Of a DNA stretch of 64,000 nt, positions 23,776-32,020 are shown in pieces; within the stretch, counting starts at the first letter, position 1, and each line of letters opens with the position of its first letter. The stretch covers positions 64,001-128,000 of the forward strand of contig JBDRCO010000076.1 in assembly GCA_043821645.1 (NCBI GenBank), in the 5' to 3' direction. The position numbers and the translations under genes are program-made. This DNA comes from Pseudomonadota bacterium. GTDB taxonomy: Bacteria; Myxococcota; JACRCW01; JAFGSX01. The notes under the pieces were generated by a model. That model was given only the letters and a program-made list of their open reading frames with translations, did not search any database and was not told the DNA's origin.

Positions 23776-26094
23776 TCAGGTGCTCTTCCCGGACTCCGTG
23801 CCAGCAGGACCCGTGGCGCTCGACGCTACCCTCGCGGGCGACGGCAGATTGGCGCCAGTCTGCACGGGCCTGTCACCCACCAGTTCGCCCATGAAGAGGC
23901 TGGCGTTCTTGACGAAGAAGAAGGTTTGCAGGCCCTCGGCCAGCTCGATCAGCCGTTCGGCGTAGGCCTTCTCCTCGCCCTCGGGTGGCGTGGCCAGCCC
24001 CAGGAACACCGCATCCGCCAGCCCGCTCTGGGCATGAATGATCTCGCGGATGGTCTGATCCTTGGGCTTGAGGATCACCTGCACCTCGGCGTGGATGCGG
24101 ATCTCCGGCATCAGCCGAGCCAGGGCTGCCTCGGTGTTCTGCTTCATCAACTCGCTCGACGCCACGCTGAGCACGGTGATGCGCCCGCCCCGCCATTCGC
24201 GATTGCGCGTCAGCAGGTGGGCCAGCAGCAGCATGAGGTCGCCATTGCGCTCGAGGCCGCCCCACCACACGTGCACGTTGCGGCGCTGGCGTTCCCGCGG
24301 CCAGGCATTGAGCTGCGTGCGCCCGATGAGCACGTTGCGGTGCAGCCGCTCCAGACGTCGCATCACGCTCAGCATCTCACCCAGCCGGTCCACGTCCGGT
24401 TGCCAGCCCAGCAGCACGGTGTTGCTGTCCAGACCGGCGAAGCCATTGGTCTGGGCCACGTCGACGATGCCGTGCTCGATGCTGCTCACGACGTGCACCT
24501 CGGGGAACACGGGCAAGCCTTCGTTGAGCAACACTCCCTCGAGCACGCGCTGCCTCTCCAGTGGCTTCATGTCGTCGTCAAGCAGGTCTCCCTGCATCAG
24601 CTCGCAGATCGTGACCACACCGCGCCCCTGGGCGAACCAGTCGCCGAACTGCACCAGGTCGAGGCGCTTGAGGGCATCCTCGACGAAGACCAGCACATGG
24701 GGCCTGAAGTTGCGAGCGGTCATGGGGCGCTCGCGCAGCCGGAACAGGGCCCAGCGGATCAGCGCCTCGTACACGTCACGCCGGGAGTCGCCCCAGTCAG
24801 CCTGTCGCTCGCGGCGCTTCAGGGCGAGCCACAGCACGATCTCGATGGCGATGGCGAGGACGCTGGCGGCGGCGTTGATGAGGAACATGACGGCGAAGCA
24901 TCCCAGGGCGCCGGCCAGGCTGAGCCACCATGGCGGCCGTATCCTCGGGCGCCAGGCGATGTTGCCGGACAGGGACTCCAGGGCGGCGGCGAGGTTGACC
25001 ATGCCGTACACGGTCAAGAAGAACATCGAGACCACGGTGGCCACCTGGTTGAGGTCGCCGATGAGCACCGCGCCAAGGGCGATGACCAAGGTGACCACCA
25101 GGCCGAAGATGGGCTCCTGGCCATCCTGTGGCTTGCTCGCGAGCTTGCGCGGCGCCAGGCTGTCCATGGCCAGCGCCTGCAGCGTGCGTGGGGCACCCAG
25201 CATCGAGCCCACGGCCGACGAGAAGATGGCGCCCCACAGCCCTGGTAGAATGAGCAGAGGGCCAAGCGGGGCGATGCGCGCCCACACCAGGGGATCGCTG
25301 CGCAGCACCGCGGGATCCGCACCGAAGGACAGCAGCACAGGCACGACCAGATAGACCGCAAGGCCCACGACGGTTGCCGAGATGGCTCCCAGCGGGATGG
25401 CGCGCATCGGGTTGGCGAGGTCGCCAGACAGGCCGAGCCCGGCCATGATGCCTGTCACCGCCGGGAAGAACACCGCGAACACGATCCAGAACGACTGCTC
25501 GCCCGACGGCGCCATGGCAGCCGGGCTCAGCTCAAGCCCTCGGTTGGCCGCACCGAGACCCAGGGCCACCAGTGAGATCGCGATGAGCGCCATGACCGGG
25601 AGCTGGACCTTGAGTGCCAGGGTCGCGCCCTTGAAGGATAGCGCCCCCACAGCAACCACGATGACAAAGGCCACAGGCTGCAAAGGCACCTCTGGCCACA
25701 CGATGCGAAAGGATTCGGCGAGACCGAAGCTGTACAGGGTGACCGAGAAGGCCTGCGACAGGAACAGCGGCAGACCGATGGCGCCACCTATCTCGACACC
25801 CAGGCTGCGTGAGATCATGAAGTAGGCGCCACCGACGCCGACCCGCGAGTTGGTGGCGATGGCCGAGAAGGACAGCGTCGTGATGAGGGTGATCGAGTTG
25901 GCCATCACGACGATCAGCAGTGTCCCGGGTAAGCCCACGTGGCCCAGCACCCAGCCAAAGCGCAGGTACATGATCACGCCGAGGATGGTCAGGACGGTGG
26001 GCGTGAACACGCCCAGGAAGGTGCCGAGGCCGGCCGGGTTGACCGGATCCGTGGTCCGGGTGTTGCGCCAGCGATCGAACCAGTCGCGCAACAC
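23776..26094 (-). CDS. Cation-chloride cotransporter (SLC12-like) / amino acid permease family protein
   Basis: LGTFLGVFTPTVLTILGVIMYLRFGW, GGAYFMISRSLG, FFPAVTGIMAG, APRTLQALA, and a soluble C-terminal domain (NFRPHVLV, VWWGG...NGDLMLLLA). Confidence 0.9.
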   Translation of the reverse strand: MLRDWFDRWRNTRTTDPVNPAGLGTFLGVFTPTVLTILGVIMYLRFGWVLGHVGLPGTLLIVVMANSITLITTLSFSAIATNSRVGVGGAYFMISRSLGVEIGGAIGLPLFLSQAFSVTLYSFGLAESFRIVWPEVPLQPVAFVIVVAVGALSFKGATLALKVQLPVMALIAISLVALGLGAANRGLELSPAAMAPSGEQSFWIVFAVFFPAVTGIMAGLGLSGDLANPMRAIPLGAISATVVGLAVYLVVPVLLSFGADPAVLRSDPLVWARIAPLGPLLILPGLWGAIFSSAVGSMLGAPRTLQALAMDSLAPRKLASKPQDGQEPIFGLVVTLVIALGAVLIGDLNQVATVVSMFFLTVYGMVNLAAALESLSGNIAWRPRIRPPWWLSLAGALGCFAVMFLINAAASVLAIAIEIVLWLALKRRERQADWGDSRRDVYEALIRWALFRLRERPMTARNFRPHVLVFVEDALKRLDLVQFGDWFAQGRGVVTICELMQGDLLDDDMKPLERQRVLEGVLLNEGLPVFPEVHVVSSIEHGIVDVAQTNGFAGLDSNTVLLGWQPDVDRLGEMLSVMRRLERLHRNVLIGRTQLNAWPRERQRRNVHVWWGGLERNGDLMLLLAHLLTRNREWRGGRITVLSVASSELMKQNTEAALARLMPEIRIHAEVQVILKPKDQTIREIIHAQSGLADAVFLGLATPPEGEEKAYAERLIELAEGLQTFFFVKNASLFMGELVGDRPVQTGANLPSPARVASSATGPAGTESGKST

Positions 26095-26160
26095 GGGGTC
26101 CTCCTGGGGTCGGGATGGTGGCGCCGCACTGCCCGCGCGCGCCGCGACGAGGCGGAGGTG

Positions 26161-26769
26161 CTAGCGCGTCATCCAGGGAGACAGCTTGGGCCGCGTCTCC
26201 ACATCCTGTCCCTGGCGCTGGGTGCGCTTGCTGCGCCAGCCCTCGAGCGTGTCGTCGGCCACGAACTCGCGGACGCGTTGCAGCGTTTCCTCGAACAGCA
26301 GACGACGGTCCTGCTCCGGGATCTCGCCCTGGTACACGGCACCGGCGCGGGTGACAGGGCAGGGCTGCAGGTTCGCCAGTTCCTCGAGGAAGCTGGTCGC
26401 ACCCTCGCCACCCAGATAGCCCAGGGCATGCAGGCAGCCGTCGAGGGTCCAGAAGCTTTCGTCGTCCGTGACATGCAGGGTGCGGAGCTTGTCGATGAGG
26501 TAGGGTGTGGCGATCTGGGCCTGGCGGCCAAACGCGGCCAGGGCCTTCGCCAGGTGATCGATGGTCCCCGGTGCCTCGGAATCGATGAGGCAGGCCACCA
26601 GCAGGGGGATCACCTCCTCTGGCAGCTCACCGGCTCGAGCCTTCTCGCGCAGGGCCAGGGCCGGGATGATGGTGTGCTCGGGTGCGTCCTGCAGCAGGTC
26701 GCCAAAGAGCCACAGCAGATCGCGCCAGCTGAGGGCCATGCACTGACTATGCAGCACGCTCACTTCCAT
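26161..26769 (-). CDS. Hypothetical helical (HEAT-repeat-like) protein
   Basis: Coding-like composition; VIPLLVACL, AKALAAFG, LHALGYLG helical pairs. True start may be ATG 26739. Confidence 0.6.
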   Translation of the reverse strand: MEVSVLHSQCMALSWRDLLWLFGDLLQDAPEHTIIPALALREKARAGELPEEVIPLLVACLIDSEAPGTIDHLAKALAAFGRQAQIATPYLIDKLRTLHVTDDESFWTLDGCLHALGYLGGEGATSFLEELANLQPCPVTRAGAVYQGEIPEQDRRLLFEETLQRVREFVADDTLEGWRSKRTQRQGQDVETRPKLSPWMTR

Positions 26770-26934
26770 GTGGCGAGGTTACACCGGTTGGCCTGGCCAC
26801 AACAATGGACAGCAGGATCCAAATTCTGGGCAGTCGAGCTATAGTAACTGCCTCGATCAGGAGTACCGCTGTGCACCGGGGCGGGTCGATCACGTGACAC
26901 GGAGCAGGTCCGGGAGCCTGCCAGGAGGTTCGAG

Positions 26935-27366
26935 ATGAAGATCGTTGGCAAGGGCAACAAGGTGATCGATGCGGATCTGCTGGCACGCCTCGCGGTGGAC
27001 AAGCAAAGCGGCTCCACGGTGAGCAAGGCCGAAGCCGAGAAGGCCATCAAGTCGATCACGACCGAGCTCAAGGACGACTTCGAAACCAGCACGCGTGGCC
27101 TGGCTCGCGCAGAGCAGGCGGTGACCAACACCCTGAGCCTGGCCCTGACGAGCGGCTGGTTGCGCTCGGGCTCCGCGGCCAACGTGATCAAGGCTTTCCT
27201 CGACGGCACGGGCAAGGGCAGCCTGAGTGAGGCTGTCAAGAATGTGCGAGACAGCGTGCGCACCTCACGTCCTCCCCGGGGCCGAACCTACGGCGGCTAC
27301 CAGCCCAGCACGACGCCAACTCGTCCTGCGCCGAGGCCGTCCCGCACGCGCCCCGCTGGCACCTGA
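26935..27366 (+). CDS. Small hypothetical protein with helical body and Pro/Arg/Ser/Thr-rich C-terminal tail
   Basis: AGGAGG RBS before ATG; strongly GC3-biased codons; first gene of a three-gene run. Confidence 0.8.
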   Translation: MKIVGKGNKVIDADLLARLAVDKQSGSTVSKAEAEKAIKSITTELKDDFETSTRGLARAEQAVTNTLSLALTSGWLRSGSAANVIKAFLDGTGKGSLSEAVKNVRDSVRTSRPPRGRTYGGYQPSTTPTRPAPRPSRTRPAGT

Positions 27367-27395
27367 GAGACTCTCCGACCGATGTTTCCTTCCAC

Positions 27396-29132
27396 GTGAG
27401 TTCCCCGGCGTACAGGCAGAACCTTGCGCGCATACTGGTGCGCGAGCTGTGCCGGATCCATTCTGGCCTCGGATCGCCAGGCACCTTGAAGGAACTCCCT
27501 CCCAGCGCGGGAGCGGCCAACACGCTATGGCGCGTCTCCCTGCCCGACTGCGACGCCATCCTCAAGGTGCGTGCCGATCCCGGCTGGGACGTCAAGCGGG
27601 AGGCCTGGGCCCTGCGCCAGGCAGGCGCGAGGTCCACACCCGAACTCCTCGCCACGGTACGGATCCAGGATCTGATGGAGCGCGCGATCCGCAGGCGCGA
27701 TCTGGACACCGCGTGCGCCCTGGATGGCGGGCTGGGTGATCTGCTGCTCCTGCGCTGGTGTCCGGGCCACCTAACGTCGTCTGCCATCAGCGACGCTGGC
27801 ATGGCCAGCGTGGGGCGTGCCATCGCTGACCTTCACGTGCGGCGTCCCCGCTCGGGCCCCCGCAGCCTCCTGCCCTCGTCGCCACGTGCCCTGTCCGCGC
27901 TGGCGCGCGATCTCGTGCAACAGGTGAGCGACCGCGAGCTGCTGCCGTCCACCGGCCTCGCCAGGGTGCAACGGGCAGCGACCGCCGCGCGGCGCCACCT
28001 TGAAACAACCGTGCGGGCGACGACCTGGCATCGTGTGCGCACGCTCTGCCATGGCGACCTGCGCTGGCACAACATGCTGCTGCAGGGTTCCAGGGTCTGG
28101 CTGCTGGATCTCGAGCACGCGGGCATCGGTGACCCGGCTCTCGATCTCGCGCTCATGGCCTGCCGGACTCCGCTCTCCTCCCACGACGAGCTCCGCGTGC
28201 TCGACGCCTACCTGGCGTGCACGCGCGCGCCCGGTCTCCTCGATCGCTACTTTGGGCTCAAGCCGCTGGTGGGTGTGGTGGCAGCCCTGGCCGGGGTCAT
28301 CGATCTCGCGGACCTGCGCGATGGCGCCCGCTGCGCTGCTCCGGATCCCCGCGCACACCTGCAGCAGCGCGCGCCACTCGTCGCGGCGGAGCTCGGCGCT
28401 GCCCTGGAGCGCGCACTGGGTCGGCCCACGCCTGCCCTGCGTCTGCGTGTGACAGCGTCCCGTCGACCCGTGTTGACCGCACCCGGCCCCATCGCCATCG
28501 ACGGCACTGCTGCCAGCCAATGCTCTCCCCTGGCGCGTCGGCTGGCAGAGATCACGCACTGGGCACACGTCGACACCGGTGCCCTCTACCGCTACGCCGC
28601 CCTCCTGGCCTGGTCGCTGGGCCTGCATTCCCGGCGCACTGCACACTGCCAGCTCCTGGTGCGGCGATTCCTCGACAGCGGCGTGCGGGCAAGTGCCGAT
28701 GGCGCGATCCTTGTCCACGGCCAGCGCCTCGAGGCCGTGCTGCAGAGCACCGCCGTGGAGATGCGTGTCGCAGCCTGGGCTGCCCTGCCTGAGCTCCGCG
28801 CCGCCGTGCAAAGCCTGCTTCGCCCCTGGCTGCACACCCGGCGAGCCATTGTCGAGGGGCGTGACGTCGGGGCTGTGCTGCTGCCCCACGCTCCACTCAA
28901 GGTCTTCGTGGATGGACCGCGCGCCGAGCGGGCTGCCCGCCTGGCCGCGCGGACGGGGTATGCACTCACACGGGCCCAGGCCCTGCTCGCCGAACGCGAT
29001 GCGCGAGATCGTGCTCGCGCAGTGGCACCGCTGCGGGAAGGGCCTGGCTCTCTGTGCTTACGCATCCGCGACGGCGCCGTCGAAGCGGCGGCCACAACCG
29101 TTCTCGACGCGCTGCTGAGGCTGTCGTGCTGA
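27396..29132 (+). CDS. Fusion: aminoglycoside/choline-kinase-like phosphotransferase (APH) + degenerate cytidylate kinase domain
   Basis: APH: AILKV, REAWAL, LCHGDLRWHNML, LLDLE, GDPALDLA. CMK-like: IAIDGTAASQCS, VDTGALYR, VEGRDVG, KVFV, ERDARDRARAVAPL. Confidence 0.82.
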   Translation: MSSPAYRQNLARILVRELCRIHSGLGSPGTLKELPPSAGAANTLWRVSLPDCDAILKVRADPGWDVKREAWALRQAGARSTPELLATVRIQDLMERAIRRRDLDTACALDGGLGDLLLLRWCPGHLTSSAISDAGMASVGRAIADLHVRRPRSGPRSLLPSSPRALSALARDLVQQVSDRELLPSTGLARVQRAATAARRHLETTVRATTWHRVRTLCHGDLRWHNMLLQGSRVWLLDLEHAGIGDPALDLALMACRTPLSSHDELRVLDAYLACTRAPGLLDRYFGLKPLVGVVAALAGVIDLADLRDGARCAAPDPRAHLQQRAPLVAAELGAALERALGRPTPALRLRVTASRRPVLTAPGPIAIDGTAASQCSPLARRLAEITHWAHVDTGALYRYAALLAWSLGLHSRRTAHCQLLVRRFLDSGVRASADGAILVHGQRLEAVLQSTAVEMRVAAWAALPELRAAVQSLLRPWLHTRRAIVEGRDVGAVLLPHAPLKVFVDGPRAERAARLAARTGYALTRAQALLAERDARDRARAVAPLREGPGSLCLRIRDGAVEAAATTVLDALLRLSC

Positions 29133-29785
29133 ACCAGTTCCCTCGCATCGCTCACTTCCAGGGCAGCCACGCCGACGACGGTGATCTGTGGCTGGCCCGG
29201 GAGGACGAGCAGCACCTGCTGCATGTGCCGGTGCAGGTGAGCGAGAAGCTGGATGGCATCAACGTGGCGATTGCCCATCACCGCAGCGGTTTCGAAATCG
29301 ACCTGCGCCCGCCGTGGAACCGTTCACTCGGCGGCGCGGTGGCACGTGCGGTGGAGATCTACGTCCGGCAGCGAGCCACACGTTTCCAGACCCTGCTAGG
29401 GCCCCACGACGTCGCCTACGGCGAATGGCTATGGCACTGCGTGTCCTTGCGCTACCAGGCCCTGCCCGACGTGATGGTGATTCACTCGCTGTATCGCGAC
29501 GGTCACTGGCTCTTTCCGCAGCAGCTGCAATCCCAGGTGGCGTGCGTCGGTCTGACGCCGCAGGTCGCGCAGTGGCAGGGCGTGCTGGGCCAGCTGTCCG
29601 CGCTGCAACGCCGGGTCAGACCTTCTGCGCACGGCGCTCCTTTCATCGAGGGCCTTGTCATCGAGCGCCTGGGGCCTGGCCCTGGCCCGCGTTGGGGCAA
29701 ATGGGTTCACCGCCGCTACCGCCACATCGAGCCCGGTGTGCTCAAGGGCGATCACAATGTGCTGCGCCGGACAGGTGAGGGGTGA
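29126..29785 (+). CDS. RNA ligase family ATP-dependent nucleotidyltransferase (minimal, about 219 aa)
   Basis: FPRIAHF N-terminal motif, motif I SEKLDGIN, motif III YGEW, motif IV IEGLVI, motif V WGKWV; GTG start overlaps the upstream stop. Confidence 0.8.
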   Translation: MLNQFPRIAHFQGSHADDGDLWLAREDEQHLLHVPVQVSEKLDGINVAIAHHRSGFEIDLRPPWNRSLGGAVARAVEIYVRQRATRFQTLLGPHDVAYGEWLWHCVSLRYQALPDVMVIHSLYRDGHWLFPQQLQSQVACVGLTPQVAQWQGVLGQLSALQRRVRPSAHGAPFIEGLVIERLGPGPGPRWGKWVHRRYRHIEPGVLKGDHNVLRRTGEG

Positions 29786-31810
29786 TCAGTCGTCGCCCTC
29801 GGTGAGCAGGGCCACCAGCTCGCGCATGGCTTCATCCTCGGGGTTCGAGCTCAGGGCCAGGCGCGCATGCTCCAGCGCGTCCTCTCGTTCCCCGGTACGC
29901 AGACTCACCATGGCCAGCGAGGCCCGAGCCTCGAACAGGGAGGGAGCGCGTTCGAGGGCACGGAGCAAGATCTCTCGCGCCAGGTCCAGCCGGTCGGTGT
30001 CGACGTAAGCGCGACCCAGGTTGACCAGGATGGTCGGGTCGTCAGGGGACAGCGCCGCAGCGTGCTCGAAGGCGCGCACCGCAGCTTGACTGGCGCCCGA
30101 ACACTGGTAGGCCACACCCAGGCTGTTGCTGGCGTCGGCATCCTCGGGCAGTGCCCGGACGGCGCGCTCCAGAAAGCCAGTTGCTCGATCAAAGCGACCC
30201 AGGTCATTGAGGGTGCGGCCGAGCAGGAGATTCAGCTCCCCGTCCTCGCGGTCAAAGCGCAGGGCGCGGGAGAAGCACTCCACGGCCTTCTCGGAGCGGC
30301 CCAGGAGTTCGTAGCACAGCCCGCGGTAGTAGGACGCACGGCCCGGCGCGTCGCTGGGATCCCCCATGTCCGCACGATCGCGCAGCTCGAAGTACACCCC
30401 CGGCACCTCGCAGAGCTCGGCCGACCCCTGGGCGGCATCATCCAGCCACATGCAGAGGTCCAGGCTGAGGGTGTCGCCGGCATCGTCGCTGAGGTCGGTC
30501 AGAAGTTGATGCAAGGTGTCGAGTAGCACCTCCAGGGCTTGCGGCACCACGTCGGGATCCGAGATCACCAGGCCGCGCTCATGACGCGAGCGCACCTGCA
30601 CCCGAGATGGTTGCCAGCCCGCAGCGGCCAGCACACCCGCCAGAAGCGCAGGATCGGCGGTGAGCGATGCGGCCTGCTCACCGGCCAGGCAGATCGCCTG
30701 TGATGCACCAACCTCGACCCTGAACAGGTGTCCCTCGAAGCGATGCTTGGTCAGCGAGGCCGCGCGCAGCAGCTGCAGGTGTTGCTCACGTTCGGGCGGG
30801 TCGCCCGAACTCCGTTGCACGTAATGGGTCCCGTCGTCGTCGTCGCGCGCCAGGACCTCGACAAAGGTCTGGCAGTCTCGCACGTAACAGTCCGGGTACG
30901 CGGCCACGAAGGCGGGAGCCTTGATCTTGAGGTGGACGGGCCGCAGGTCGACGATGTCCGAGAACGTGCACCGCGCCAGGAACGCGTCGGGTTCGAGCCC
31001 CCTTTGCCGGCACGCACGAACCAGGCTGCGATAGGGCACCTGACCGACGACACCGTCGAGGATCAGGAGCCACGACCCCGGTTCGACAACGAGGTCCAGA
31101 CCCGGCGAGCGGCGAACCAGAGAAGAGGCCATGCTGCCGTCATCGACCGCGAGGTCCAGATCCGGGAATCGGCGCATCAGAGCCGCAGCCATGCTGCTGT
31201 ACGCGGCGAACTCGAGGGGAACCACCCGGGCACGATCTGCCGCTACCTCCTCGATGCCGCGCATGGTCCACAGTGTCTCCACAAGCAGCGCCTCGAGCCC
31301 GATGTCGAGCAGGTATCCGTTGTGGTGGACGCGCACCGTGGACTCTCCGGGGAGGCGCTTCGCCCAGTAGTCCGCCCGCTGGATGGCGTCGCACAGGCTC
31401 TGACCCACGGCTTCGAGATCCACGAAGAAGACGATGCCAATCTCGCCGTCCAGCAAGCCCGCATGTGGACCTGCCCAGCTGCGAAAGCTCGGCTCAAAGC
31501 TGGGATCGGCCTTCAGCAGAGCGGACCAGGTCAGCGATGCGACGTCGTCGGGGCTCGACGAGAGCTTCTCGAGACAGGCATCGATACCCGCGTGGTGTTG
31601 TTCTGGGCTGACTCGCGTGTCGAAGGGAGGGACGACCAGGCAGAAGATCTCGGGTGAGAGTTCCCGGCAGCAGGCCTCGCCGGACCGCACGGCCTGGTCC
31701 AGGGCATCGCCAAAGGCCTCGCGCAGACTCACCTCGGGCATCGACGGCACGGTCTCGCCCCCGCGTCGTCGCTGCAGCCAGGACCACAATGCGTGCATCC
31801 AGCCCGTCAT
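29786..31810 (-). CDS. Tetratricopeptide repeat protein with uncharacterised N-terminal region
   Basis: About 5 C-terminal TPRs (YYRGLCYELLG, NLLLGRTL, SNSLGVAY, LVNLGRAY, RASLAMVS). Confidence 0.8.
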   Translation of the reverse strand: MTGWMHALWSWLQRRRGGETVPSMPEVSLREAFGDALDQAVRSGEACCRELSPEIFCLVVPPFDTRVSPEQHHAGIDACLEKLSSSPDDVASLTWSALLKADPSFEPSFRSWAGPHAGLLDGEIGIVFFVDLEAVGQSLCDAIQRADYWAKRLPGESTVRVHHNGYLLDIGLEALLVETLWTMRGIEEVAADRARVVPLEFAAYSSMAAALMRRFPDLDLAVDDGSMASSLVRRSPGLDLVVEPGSWLLILDGVVGQVPYRSLVRACRQRGLEPDAFLARCTFSDIVDLRPVHLKIKAPAFVAAYPDCYVRDCQTFVEVLARDDDDGTHYVQRSSGDPPEREQHLQLLRAASLTKHRFEGHLFRVEVGASQAICLAGEQAASLTADPALLAGVLAAAGWQPSRVQVRSRHERGLVISDPDVVPQALEVLLDTLHQLLTDLSDDAGDTLSLDLCMWLDDAAQGSAELCEVPGVYFELRDRADMGDPSDAPGRASYYRGLCYELLGRSEKAVECFSRALRFDREDGELNLLLGRTLNDLGRFDRATGFLERAVRALPEDADASNSLGVAYQCSGASQAAVRAFEHAAALSPDDPTILVNLGRAYVDTDRLDLAREILLRALERAPSLFEARASLAMVSLRTGEREDALEHARLALSSNPEDEAMRELVALLTEGDD

Positions 31811-31967
31811 CTACCTGCCGCCTCTTGGACGTCCTCCAGCCAGCACGATACTACACCCGGGGTGCCGTATGCATCTGCACCGGGGGCCGCCTCTGGCGGG
31901 TCGTGCGCTGGATGCTCACGGTCTTGAATTCGCCTGGTTTCTCGTCTGTTTATCCTCGGTCATTAGA

Positions 31968-31996
31968 TTGACCCGTCCAGGAGGCATCCTTATACT
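31968..31996 (+). promoter_or_regulatory. Sigma70-type promoter for the PEGA kinase
   Basis: TTGACC-N17-TATACT, with the -10 element ending 24 nt before ATG 32021. Confidence 0.7.
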
Positions 31997-32020
31997 CGGG
32001 GCACCCGCTCGGGGGCATGC

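Noticed and set aside
26935-29785. Kinase/ligase operon as a mobile element or prophage remnant
   Set aside because: No integrase, transposase, flanking repeats, tRNA or obvious compositional shift seen.
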